Source: Setoptus koraiensis (Eukaryota; Animalia; Arthropoda). Taken from it: a stretch of DNA of 64,000 nt. The notes under the pieces are model-generated. The model was not told the origin of the DNA. It saw nothing but the letters and a program-made list of their open reading frames with translations, and did not search any database. Of this stretch, positions 22,101 through 33,612 are shown piece after piece. The stretch lies in contig CM106586.1 of NCBI GenBank assembly GCA_048013815.1, positions 5,270,001-5,334,000 of the forward strand, written 5' to 3'. The position numbers and the translations under genes were made by a program. Position 1 is the first letter of the stretch, and every line of letters begins with the position of its first letter.

Positions 22101-23651
22101 GGCTATTCTGTCGCTCAAATATTCGGCCTCATCCATACTATGACTGGTGATTAGTATAAATCGATTGGGAGCTGACCGATGTTTTATGACATCCCACAGG
22201 TGCCTATTGTTACTTTGAGTTTGCTCTGATTTTGGGAATAGCTCGTCCACAATCAGTAAATCGTTATCACCAACTAACGCCATGGCCAAACAAAGTCTAC
22301 GCTTAGATTCAAGCGAGAACGACTTGTTATTGGGATGTTTGCTTCGTTCCGACAGCAGACCTGTTTCATGCAAAATATTATATATGTGTAATTGCATTTG
22401 TTCCTGTGTCATGGATACTAAATTATGCTTCAATTTGATCTGATAAAACAACATCAGGTGCTGCTCTACGGTGAGATAGTCACAAAGTATATTGTCTTGC
22501 ATGCAAATACCAACATTCAAGTCACAGCTTCGAACAGGACTACCATCGATGTAAATGATTCCACTAGTTGGTCGTAGATAATCTAAAATCAAATTAACCA
22601 ACGTTGTTATGCCTGCCCCACTTGAGCCCAACAAAAATGTTATCTCGCCTCTGAATATATTCAGGGTAACATTATCGACCACATTGTATCCATTATACGC
22701 TTTTGTTACACCATGTAAATGAATACCGATTGTATCACTGCAACAACACAATCGAATGGCAGTCGGTTTCTTCAAACATATATCGCTTAAATATCTACTC
22801 AGATATAGAGGTAATTTAAACAGTCTTCTATTTTGACCAGAATCATAATAAAAAGCTAGTGAAATGGCTAAAAGTGACCACGTGATCATTAAGATGAACA
22901 CATTTGTTACTGGTATGATATCGTCCGATTCGTAGCCATAATATTTAAGGCTCTCATTAGAGGTGCTGCTGACCATCACTCTAATCGACTGCAGTGGATT
23001 AATTGTGCTCAAATAAAAATATAAACGTCTACTTGTCTTATCTTTTGTATACGCTAAAACAATTCTATTGAATAAAAGGTAATGTATTGCTCCTTCCCAT
23101 GGAATAAATACAGCCAATATGTAAGGCAATAGCTTAGATCGAACAGAACTGGTCAACCAAAACAATATTGCAATTAGGTGGGTTGAGAATATCAAATAAA
23201 ACATAGTATGAAATACGAATCCTTTTCGGCCATCACAAATAATTGCTAGCAAACCAGATATTATAGACAACGGTAACATCACCAACATGATACTTAAGTA
23301 TGCACCAAGATAATAACTATTACGTGGGAGGCCCATCAGGCGCATCAACAAACAAAATCTGCTCAACTTATCTCTAGATAACCAGAAGCCACAAGTCACA
23401 AAGGGCAAATAGTAAATAATTAGACTCATTTGAGGAAGATTGTGTGAGGGCCAAAAGAGCCTCCTCATCGGAATCAGTATCATGTATAATAATAAAGCTG
23501 GTATCAATATATCAGATAGAACAGTTTTCTTCAAATTATAACGCTTGTACTTGAGGAAACACCATATAATAAGCTTTTGGCGAAACCATAATATACGCAA
23601 ATTAATAAGCCAGCTTGCAAGTAGTTCTGATATTGCATTTATGGAATCCAT
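19200..23651 (-). CDS. ABCA-subfamily full transporter, intronless, strongly degenerate NBDs, ectodomains missing
   Basis: TMD-NBD-TMD-NBD layout; NBD1 IHLHGVTKAY..VDNVTLNIFRGEITFLLGSSGAGITT, CMQDNIL, IVDE, TSHSMDEAEYLSDRIAIM; NBD2 AVDKLTL..GLRDSGKTS, VVLDEP, ECEAICNRVAVMIRGKL..GSVERLR. Confidence 0.9.
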   Translation of the reverse strand: MDSINAISELLASWLINLRILWFRQKLIIWCFLKYKRYNLKKTVLSDILIPALLLYMILIPMRRLFWPSHNLPQMSLIIYYLPFVTCGFWLSRDKLSRFCLLMRLMGLPRNSYYLGAYLSIMLVMLPLSIISGLLAIICDGRKGFVFHTMFYLIFSTHLIAILFWLTSSVRSKLLPYILAVFIPWEGAIHYLLFNRIVLAYTKDKTSRRLYFYLSTINPLQSIRVMVSSTSNESLKYYGYESDDIIPVTNVFILMITWSLLAISLAFYYDSGQNRRLFKLPLYLSRYLSDICLKKPTAIRLCCCSDTIGIHLHGVTKAYNGYNVVDNVTLNIFRGEITFLLGSSGAGITTLVNLILDYLRPTSGIIYIDGSPVRSCDLNVGICMQDNILCDYLTVEQHLMLFYQIKLKHNLVSMTQEQMQLHIYNILHETGLLSERSKHPNNKSFSLESKRRLCLAMALVGDNDLLIVDELFPKSEQTQSNNRHLWDVIKHRSAPNRFILITSHSMDEAEYLSDRIAIMVEGSIVCCDKSFIENAISSRYNVKVYYKVIEQRQRIIDLVHNYFKDTLIIQDMQPTNVTTAINELTASITMRFSVSTSNDEDNMLHLLEELEINERNNTGVTFELQHWHLADILSDASKLSTVIPGGEFCKTDGGQNDVISVADEDSPNDDQRVVLFRINVLDPGGISYCCPDWFTVDNAAIIRAFFTKNILYMRHSVFTHIIWRLIIPLVVIVLSALNVRYELIQYELRSLNLDKESAETLIETEVTISDLADDFAMVPLFLALNFIYLPSNERTTYFKLQQLCSKATCLTYWLSQYLMDMFNMMLFALMFYESVIAIVPVRFISVGDDVSFGPQLVCALLLVFVTFGSSILLLAYCISCLIETNTQAYIIFSMILLRVPLHNKAPVTKLLIRLVKLLAENPISWLTKIMSHLLKYILPSEAFGSTMAGIFEVPLVVRNGQQRAQLFNLDGKFMAGIKRMSIQATLFLFVLYYLETRQLTVTDLRLSGRIVRLMRKLLWKIKTKTTTMFKRNTVTEMEENLSEEIINEKKRVNCCLSELKETLNVKSSSKVGRPIDDNGAKPVLLIQNLTKIHEYPTRAVDKLTLALERKECLALWGLRDSGKTSTVKMLIGDDLNRYSGEIWCNNQSIKCNPLEFKRQMSYVGECNTAIGLHLTARQALTLMANLRLNNCNETDTSRIVDYYIEAAKVAQYADVTINKLFGATRRKVSLIIALIGAPPLVVLDEPTIHVDSVQEKQAIWTLIRSRVSHCQSIVVTSKSFEECEAICNRVAVMIRGKLDSLGSVERLREKNRNMPERGYLVRLKFTNNNSSDTKLQTVKPSVDHVLPINADSLSTLPTPASTYTYLNANEKVEIEQKLKVLKRNLATIGKLSLVEADDDNFDRCNYKCILRISEKQQGSARMSQQPTKSTSTPTTLLTRSSLFHEMMKLRRRWQHQADNIGFSFSLCDQTLDIVYTSKSLESS

Positions 23652-24998
23652 AGTTAAAATTTTTAACCCAAATGGATAATTTGAGATATGGTAGTCGATT
23701 GAATAGCGACAACATACTGGTAGTAAAGCATTCGCCTAGTGTGTTTCTGGCTAACAGAGTTGATTCGACAAAAGAGCTAGCTCCATTATTCATTCAAAAT
23801 AACCTTGTGGTTTTTATCAAGATCTGGCGTCACTCATTGATATCGTTGAGAAGGCGGTTCGGCTCATGTGTATATTGTTTAATCGATCTCATTGTGAGCA
23901 TATACCTGATATTTCAACTCAATGTTCAGAGATGATTATAAGTCCCATTTGCTCTAATTTCTTCGCATTAAAAAAAATGAATCATCACATGTACACTTAA
24001 CTTGATTAAATTATTAATCTACTGAACGAAGAGTGCGACAAAATTCTCGATTATCAAAAATTAGGAAAAAGTGTCTCATGTGAAACTAAGTCAAAAACTT
24101 CAGTCAATAATGTGATTTTTAATCGAAGCATACGATTACCACGATGACAAGTCAAAGAGAATGAGCAATGAAAAGGTCTGACCGGAATTACTTGACTCCA
24201 TTAGCTGTACCTCCAGAAGGGCACAGGGTAGATACTGGTTGGTAAACTATTAATCATAATTTGGTCAGAAAATGAACCCGATATTGGGATCGACTTTTCT
24301 TCATTTGTGACATTCGATGGGTCGTATCTTGAAAAACTTGGGTACTTAGATTGAATTCTTGAGGTCGGAGCAGATTTAATTCTATCACATATATTATTCG
24401 CTTAAGAGGTCTGTTGTCATTTGATTCGTTTCACCCCAAACGACTTCCTACTGTTCCTGAACAAGCCAATCATTTGACTCGTATTCGTTTAATTGAAGTG
24501 GTTGTGGATAGATTCGATGATTTGAAGAATGATTTGTCTCTGTGTGTGAGGTTAAATTAGACCTTTCTTGCGAATCTGAGAGGGTCTGCCTATATTTTAT
24601 TGTTTGAACATCAACAACCAGTCCCTATTTAATTCGTAACACTAGTCTAGCCATAACGAACGCATTATATATACAAGCTATAGTAAGTTCACTTTTCCTT
24701 TGTGATCATCAACCAAGACTTAATTGTCGAAGCGATTCACTTTAATAACCATTGCAACCAGATGTGAAAGCATCTACAAATTACTCCTCGCACCCATGAG
24801 ATGTACGAGGCGGAGCGTGGTAAAACTGAAGGAGTTCGGAATACCTTCATTTACACGAGGTTAGAGCAAATTTTCTAAATCTAATCATGAATCTAAATAT
24901 CTTGTGGTTGTGGCGCAAATCTTTGACAAAAACCATTGCGCTAATGACCGTAACCTCTGCTTGAAGTTGGATGGTTTCATGCGTAGATACGATATTTA

Positions 24999-27581
24999 TC
25001 ACTTTTCGACCGCACTTTGGTTGCGACCTTGTTTAGTTCCTGGTTTGAGGAATTCACTGTTAGCCATAGCAAATATATCTATCCTGTCCTCCTTCCTGTA
25101 CTGGAGGCAACTTCGAATAAAACTCTATAAACACACAAAAAGATTGAATTAGTAATTAATCTGATCTATCTAGAAACTGTAAGAAAATGCGGAAGAAATC
25201 TTACCTTTGCTTCGGAGGATACAATGGGCTTAATTGGAAATTCAACTTCTGTAGCTTTGAGGATAGTATTTTCTTCCAGAATGGTAGCTTGAGAAAGGTT
25301 ATGTCCGAATGGCTGAGGAAAAGAACAAGATTCGATGATTAGGTTAGGTCCAGTCTCCAAGTTTCATAATCAAAGATTTGTACAGCAATTGTACGCTCCT
25401 TACCTTTTTGCCGTAGAGACATTGGTAAAATATCACACCAACGGACCAAACATCTACTTTTGAGGATATCTTGGGTGGGTTCTTTCCAACCACAAAACAT
25501 TCAGGGGGTAGATACCAATATGTACCGGCACCTTGTGATGTGAGGTCCATACCACAGTCAGGCGAGTAATTGTCGTCATCCATTATCTTGCTGAGACCAA
25601 AATCTGTGATTTTGATCTCACCGCTAATATTTCCACTCCCTAAAAGTATATTACCTTTTGTTTTGAAGCAATTATAAACAATTCAAAGGTTAATAAGCGG
25701 CTTGATTATGATCAAGAAAACAAACAACGATAGTGATGCAAAATATACATACCTGGTTTTAAATCGTAGTGTATAATCGGTGGATGGATTCCTTCGTTGA
25801 GGTATCTAAGTGCATTGACAATTTGCATTATGATGGATCTCGCTTCTCTCTCGGGAATGCATTTGTGTTGTTTAAGATAGAAATCCAAGTCATTTCCATC
25901 AAGGTATTCAAGAACAGTGCAGAATGAATTGGAGTCAATCTCGAATACATCAAATAGACGAACTATCCTGGGGTGATCCATCTTCTTGTGTATATTGTAT
26001 TCACGTAGGGCGTGCTTAATGTAGTTGGCCTTCTTATCATCTTTCCAATCTTTATTAAGCTGGTGAATTTTACAAGCAACATAACGCTGCTCTTTTAGGT
26101 CGAAAGCTTTGTGGACCTCGGCTGATATTAAAGAGAAAAATTAGTTAGGTTGAGAACGGTAATAAAATAGATTGAATCTGGAATGGTGATAGTCTATACT
26201 TACAAAAACCACCCTTTCCGAGGAGAGTTAGTATCATGTAACGATCACCCAATATAATATGGTTGTTGAAGCGGGAGGCATCTTCGGCTGCTATTCTTTT
26301 TAGTTCCCTGATGTGTAGATTGCGCTCGCGTTCGAGTTTTTCAAACTCCATTTGTAAGTCCGCATCTTCCTTTCTTAGCATAAGCTGCCTTAATTTGAGA
26401 ATCTCATCTTGCTCATAGTAATCATAGTAGATATTTGAGGAATCCTTTGGTACGTCAGGTTTAGCAAATTCTACACCATTAGACATGAGAGACCCACCTT
26501 GGGTTCCGTTTCCTAAAGGATTATTTGAACCCGATGAGTTTCCAGATCCAATGGAAGTAGAGGCACCAATGTTGACTGAAACATTATTGCTCGATCCAAT
26601 TGAACCTAGATTACCTGATAATACTCCGGAGGAGGAGGAGGCAGTTGTCGATGGACCGGTAGAACCTGATGCGGCATTAGCTAGAACTTTTGACTTGGTA
26701 GCTGAGGTTGAGGGTCTTCTTTTACCCAACAGTTTACGTTGTTTCTCTATGTCCTCGCGCTCGTGTGCAACGGCTTCCTGCCTCTTACTAAGTTCAGTAA
26801 ATGCATAACCGTCACACCATGTATCTTGAAAAGAGGCTCCTTGTCTCATTGGGGAGAACTGCCCCAATCGTAACCTAGCTTGAGCACACTTTTGTCTTGC
26901 TGCCTTTTTTTCCATCATTGTTTTTTCAATTAATAACTGCTTAGTAGTCTCTAGACATCGTTGAAGTTGTTCTTTTTGTTTATCAAGGGCTTTTTGCTGG
27001 GCCGTCATTTGTCTATTAAGATCATCTTTGGATTGTAAAAGGTCATCCATTCTAGAGTCACGGGCAGCAGATTTGGTTTCTAATTCTTTGAGCTTACTAA
27101 GATCTAGATCGGTTTGCACTTGGCGCGACATTGATTGCTGACTACTACTATTACAAACATTATTGCTTGAGATAAAATTCATATTAGCAGTTTTGGGGGA
27201 ATTCGTTGGATTTGTAGCTGTGGACGATGATGATGATGAGGATGGTGAAGCTAATGTGAATCGGGAGGAATTTGAAATGAAACGAGCTTCTAATAATTCT
27301 TTCTTTCTTGGGTCTATAGAAGTGTTATGTATGGTGCTAAAATTATCCATGTTGTTAGCCTGCCTCTTGTTCTGTTCTTTGAGTATTACAGATTCTAGTT
27401 CCTCGCCCGACGATACGGACAACGATGAATGGTCTGAGCGGATTTTCTTGTGTGGAGGTAGGCTAGATGAGGGGGATCCTGTAATAATATGTTGTTGGTG
27501 ATCAAAGCTATTCGACTGGTGCTGATGTTGTGGATCCTGCCGTCTTTGATGTTCCAGATGTTCAAATGCGAAATTTTGCAT
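24999..27581 (-). CDS. TLK: Tousled-like Ser/Thr kinase, five exons (27581-26204, 26121-25753, 25654-25404, 25312-25205, 25124-24999), 743 aa
   Basis: [25 protein letters not shown], coiled coils, [53 protein letters not shown]; all joins GT-AG and in frame. Additional 5' exons cannot be excluded. Confidence 0.96.
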
Positions 27582-28559
27582 TTTATATATGATAAGCTAG
27601 TATATAGCTGGCGCTAGCTTGTTATTATTTGTTATGAACTAATATCCCCCTCCAGAAGAGAACTCCCGGTATTATGATAATGGGCCAATTATTATTAAAT
27701 GTAATGTGTTCTCCGAATGATGGTGATAATAATAATAGTATTAATAATAATATTAATTAGCACAGACACAAAAATTGATCGATATGTGATGAAGGTGCCC
27801 AATAGTAATTGTATCGTTTGATATCTCTCATGTGATAATAGTAATAATAATAATGGTATAATAGTTGTAATGTAATTATCATGAAGCGAGTGCGAGAGAT
27901 TATTGTGTGTTTATCAAAGATCAGTAGTAATAGTAGTAGTAGTAGCGTTAACAGCAATAATAATAGTTATGCTGTATTGGTGGTGGTGATGGTGGTGGTT
28001 GTGGCGATGCTATTTAATAGATTGTAGAGACATTAATATTTGTGTAATTAGACAGATCTGACTGGCACCGTTGCTGAATTGAAGGATACTGTCGCTGTTG
28101 TTGATGTAAAAGCTTCACAACAATAAATATTGGGCATAGTGAGCAGGCCGACATCGATGTTAATAAATTGTTTTGATATTTGTTGTTGTGTCTTGTATGT
28201 AAAGATTCTGCGTCTATTGTTGATGTTTTTGTTTATTCCTTTGCTACCGTTTGTGTTGATGTTTCTGTTATTTTTTCTTCTCGTTGCTGAGGTTCCAAGA
28301 ATCATCATATCGGCGGAGAGGGAGAGATAGAGACGAAGATACAGAGCGAGAGAAAGAAATGGCTACTACTACTACTTAGCTGGAAAGTGAGTGAGAGTGA
28401 GAGAGTTTAGTGAGGAGTAGGAGAAAGAGCGAATGTGTAGCTAATGTTAACAATAATAATAATGATTATGTTGAATAAATGATGCTAATAATAATAATCT
28501 ATCCTCCTCCTGTCTCGCTACGTTTGAATCTCTCTCTTTCTCTTTCTCTCGCTCTAAAT

Positions 28560-29952
28560 CTCACTTTGCTTGTCCGTCTGTATGCGTGTGTGTGTTTGTG
28601 TAAGCAGTACTACAGAATAGATGTGTGTGTGTGTGTGCGCTTGTGTGTTTGTGTCTGTACTTGTGTGTGTGCGTGTGCGTGTGTGTGTGTGTGCATCTGA
28701 TCCGTAAGAATTTGAAAGAAGAATCAATGAGCAAGATAGCTTCAATTATTCAGTTATGTCGCGACACAACACAGAAGTTCAAATATTATTGAGACGATAT
28801 ATATATATATATATATATATTATAATACTATAAATATATATATATATATAACTAATAATAATGATATCCTCCGGCGCGTAATTGCGTGTGTGTCTAATAT
28901 ATATATATATACGATTATGTCAGTCGCCACAGTATCCGCGGTTCCATATTAGTTTAAGTATTATTAATATTATTATTTCTTTATAAATATCGCTCGTTTA
29001 TTATCTTTGTGTATATTTGTCAGTGTGTGTGTGTGTGTGTGTGTTTGCGTTATCACATCATCACTTTCTTGTCTTGTATCGGATAGATATTACAAATACT
29101 GTATCAATATCATCACCATTGTTGTTTTGTTGATTTAAATTGTTAGTTGACAATAGAGAGCAATCTTGGTGATCAACGATCAAAGTAAAGCTTTGAAAGT
29201 AGTGTATTGGCCATGATAAGCTAGTAAATGTCTGTTGCAATATGTGGTGCTAATAGCAATTGTCGGACAAGCATTAATTACAACAGCAAGTGAGTGAGAG
29301 AAGCATGAAAAATGAAGATTAATGCTGTTGTTGTTATTGTCTACCAGTGATGGCCGCCGACTCAACGCTGCCGCTGCTGCTGCTATACCTGATAGTGGCG
29401 CAGACGGCGGTAGTGGTGGTGGTGGTGGTGTCACTACTGTTGTTGTTGTCTATCGGTGGTTGCAATGGTGGTTGATGGTGGTGGTGCTTTAGCACACAAA
29501 TCGAACAACTCAAGCTGATGCAGTTGTAACGCTGCTGTTACTCATTAGCACCATAAGTGCCATCTATTGACAATAAACTTTATTGACGTGGGCCTATTCC
29601 ATAACATTATACTTTAGTGACTGTGGAAGTTAGTTAGTATAGTTAGCAGTGTGCAAGGCAACATAGAGCAGAGGCACGCACAAACGAACAAACCGATACC
29701 ATCGCCACTTACTTGTTAAGATATAGAAAGGGAGAGAGAGAGAGAGAGAGAGAATCTTGCGCCAGTTGTGATCCTTTGATACACTACTACCGCTACTACC
29801 AAACTCGATTCAATTCGACTGCTCTGCTCATCTCGTCCCATCATCCGCTTACCACGATCGTCGCCACAGCTACAGTTGCCGTTGTTGTTGTTGCTGTTGT
29901 TGCAGTTTGTTCTGTCTAATCCATTGCAATGTTGTTGTTGTTGGTGGTGGTG

Positions 29953-29983
<31 letters not shown>

Positions 29984-30327
29984 TGTGAGTGTGTGTGTGT
30001 GCGTGTGTGTGTGTGTGTGCTGGTCCCACCTTGTAATATCAGCAGCAGCAGCGGTGCACTGAATGAAGCAATAATAGCGACACTCACAGACGCATTGTGA
30101 TGATGATCGCACATCATCTACCCTCTGCACTAGCCTCCGCTATCCACTCGTCACAACACTGCCACGCCGATTGACGCGCCCCCTAACGTTTGCACAATTG
30201 CTGCCGCTGCCAATGCCATTGCTAGTACTTGTGCGATCTAGGTGGTTGGTGGTGCTGGTGGTGGTGCAGTTGTTCGGTGCAATGCGGTGCAGTTGTGAGT
30301 TCGATTCAGTTTAGTTTTGTGCGTGTG

Positions 30328-30387
<60 letters not shown>

Positions 30388-30835
30388 GTTGTGTAGTATA
30401 GCTGTGTGATAAAAGTTCTTTAGCATCGCACACACACATTTATAAAGTAGACTGCTGCTCCGACATATAGCCTAGTGTGGAGAGCTTCCTCGGCTCGTAT
30501 AGTAGTGCAGTAGAGCCAACATTATTTATACATCTCTTATACCATTTCTGCATTTTTGCACAAATTCTCCTACAAATAGTTCTATACTGGCAACGCGCGC
30601 GCGACCCCCGAGACTCGGCCCAGCGCAAGGGCATAAAACACATTCTATCTGCCCCCAATGTTGTCGTCTCCTCTCGTTGTTGTATTGGCAGCTTGCGCAA
30701 AGAGAGACAGAGAAAGGAACAACAGCAGCTCATTACCCCCTTAGCTTTGCGCACGTTGAACCTAATTCAATGCTCACACACACACACACACCGCTGGCAG
30801 CGGCAGCAGAAGGCCAGACCGAACTCCAAATCACT

Positions 30836-30925
<90 letters not shown>

Positions 30926-31000
30926 TACATACAAGTGACCATTGAAGAGATTCCATTTGTGCGCTCTTCTCATCTGCTGCTGCTGGCGCTGCTTTGTATT
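28560..31000. repeat. Cluster of (TG/CA)n, (TA)n, (GA)n and trinucleotide microsatellites
   Basis: For example TG tracts at about 28620-28695, 29955-30020 and 30320-30385; CA tracts at 30775-30930; TA at 28797-28850. These generate the HTHT/CVCV pseudo-ORFs. Confidence 0.9.
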
Positions 31001-32533
31001 TATTTCGTCACTGTTGTTTGCCGTATCGATGGAATGGTTGTGCCATTAGTGGTCTTGCTTTCAGTGTTGCTGCAAGCAGAAGCAGTCCGACTAAATGCTC
31101 GTGCTCTCGCTCGCCCTCTTCTGTGCGACTCAAAATTTATCATAAAGTTATCCCTAAACGAATAAAGAGGTCGCCTCCTGTTCCTCTCCTGTCTAGACTC
31201 TTGCATTATATTGACACACACACACACTCAACTTCGTTTTTTCGTTCTGCTCGCCAGTTCGTTAGATGCTCACACGCAGTTCGCAGTTCGAACTTCGAAC
31301 AGCGCATACACACACACACGACGACGACAAAGACGGCGATCATGATAGAAAGATGCGAGTGGCACATATACCAGCGTTGGCCATTCCAAACAAAAGTGTG
31401 TGCGATTTGGCTTCTGCTTGCTCGCCCTGCCGTTCGCAGTTCCAACTTTATCCCAAAGGGGTCACCCTTGTTTGCCGAAAAGCAAACCTGTGGCCATAAT
31501 CAAAGCCGCCCCCTTCTCGTATCGCGTCTAACTATAGACTGTACAGTTCTATCATGCGCACTCGGCGCGCTGCTATTACAGTAACTCACTTTGATACAGC
31601 GTTCATTTAGCGTTGGGTCGGCCATTATTAGGCGCACAGAAAAATAATTCATGGGCACAAGTTGTGCCGTGGCCAGTCGCATACAGGCATTTACATGTAC
31701 ATGATCCTATAATAAGTTGTGGGCACTTTTTCGCATGGGCACAACAAATTCAACATGTTCAAAAACTAGAAAACTACTTGTACATGTGTGATGTTGTGCA
31801 GCACAGCGTATTATCACTACCGTGCCAGCGCTGCTACAGCGGCAGTTATGTAATCACTCACACAGACAGCAGGCCAACTTCCATAAGTCAACCTGCTGCT
31901 GCTGTTGTGCCCAACGTTGCAACATTACAATGTTAATGAAAACGATTGCACAATGCAAGTGAACACTCACACACAGACACACACACAGTCGGAATAGGCC
32001 GAGATTCTGCCAATCAAAACTCGCAAGCCACCTTTTCATTCCATCGCTATCCATTCCATAATGAATACGCTATCACTGGCATACAATCGTCTACTTGTCT
32101 ACTTGTGTGCCAGTCTACCTCTACTATTTGTCGGTTGTGTCTACCACTGCCAGCAGTAGTCTACTGGTGCTGCTGACCAAACGCCATCTATGCGGTACAA
32201 AGTTCAACTCGTCTTGGCACCGTCAGCGCCTCTCAAGTTGAAAGTCTCAACAGGCTAGCTGGCCAACTTTCAATAACAACCATCAACGGCCATGTTTATT
32301 CCACCAACTAACCACCATACATCTGTCAATCGAGCTGATTAGCATACAACTCCACAGAGTGACCTTTGTATAGAAACTTTTGTCGCGTAGCCGACTATAT
32401 CCGTTCCAGACTGGGCCTGTGTTCCCTCATGTTTTGCACTCGTCGTCACTATACCAACAGGATACACGATATATGGGTACATGTATCGTATGTTTATCAC
32501 TGCTTCTGGTAAGCAAAAGGTACACAAAAAGTA

Positions 32534-32875
32534 CTGGGTGCGTTTTTTCCAATGGCTTTTCTCCTACTTACTTCTTTGCCCGCCAAGGGCGCAGCGGGCG
32601 CACAAGGATGCACAGCTAAGCGTAGAGTGTATCGATAAATGTTTCAATTGGTTGACGTTACTCAACAGATAGCTAGCAAACAACTAGAGGCGCTGCGATC
32701 ACTGCACTCACTACTTTGACGGCAGTTCATCACTGGCAGTTTACTCGCGAAACAGCTATACTGCGGCACATACTGCGACTGACGCTCACTCACACTGCAT
32801 ATGAAAATCTGAGTGCGCCGCCCTGGCGGCTTCTAAGAGAAATGGGAAAAAAGCCATTGGAAAAAACGCACCCAG
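32534..32875. mobile_element. Putative Tc1/mariner-type MITE (342 bp), TA-flanked
   Basis: TA|CTGGGTGCGTTTTTTCCAATGGCTTTT (32534-32560) and AAAAGCCATTGGAAAAAACGCACCCAG|TA (32849-32875): perfect 27-bp TIR with TA on both sides; no coding capacity. Confidence 0.7.
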
Positions 32876-33612
32876 TACAGTGCAATTCACTAGCGCACGC
32901 AGCGGCATTTCAAAAAACAAAAACACACGTAGGGGGCGCTTCGATCGACTGGCAGCGGTCAACGAACAACAACAAAAATACTGCCATAACAATTTTTCAA
33001 CAGGCACCATCTGTCTCATTCTAAATTCTCACCATATTATCAAGCTATTCGACTATATTGCTCTAGATATCACTATTACTATCATTTTGTTTTTCGCAAC
33101 CACCGCCGGACACCAAACAACAACAATATTGACTCGGTAGAACAATAACAATATCTGGAAAGATGGTGTGATAACGGCATCTCGCACCACAAACACATTG
33201 ATAGAGGGACCATAACTAATAATAAATAACATCGAAAGAGAGCTTTTATTATGTATCTCCGTATCTCTCCCTTCACGCCGGTATGACGATTCCTGGAACA
33301 TCAACAACGAGAAGAAAAATAATAGAAACATCAGACACCACCAAGGGGTAGCAAAGGAATAATCAACAACAACATCAACGATCGACGCAGAATCTCTACA
33401 TACGCCAGCAATAGCATCACATTTTTTATCTGTGCTAATTAATATTATTATTAATACTATTATCATTATCATAATCATTATTTACAGAACATATTACATT
33501 TGATAATAACTGGCTCACTATCATAGTATTGGGAATTCTCTTTTGGGAGAGGTATTAGTTTATAATAAATTAAAACAACCACCGTAATAATCACCGATAT
33601 TGGCTACTCGCA

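Noticed and set aside
24150-24650. Open ATG-less frames between ABCA and TLK
   Set aside because: No start codon or coherent splice path; more likely TLK 3' UTR or ABCA promoter.
30140-30170. Minus-strand TGGCAGTGT matching the 5' end of miR-34
   Set aside because: Only the first 9 nt match and there is no complementary star arm nearby to form a hairpin.
28479-31584. Many ORFs with HTHTHT, CVCVCV or poly-Q/L
   Set aside because: They are translations of CA/TG and trinucleotide microsatellites, appear in several frames and both strands, and have no domain content.
33053-33478. 141-aa hydrophobic minus-strand ORF
   Set aside because: The N-terminus derives from ATT/ATC repeats in the CCNC upstream region, and the composition reflects AT-rich DNA.
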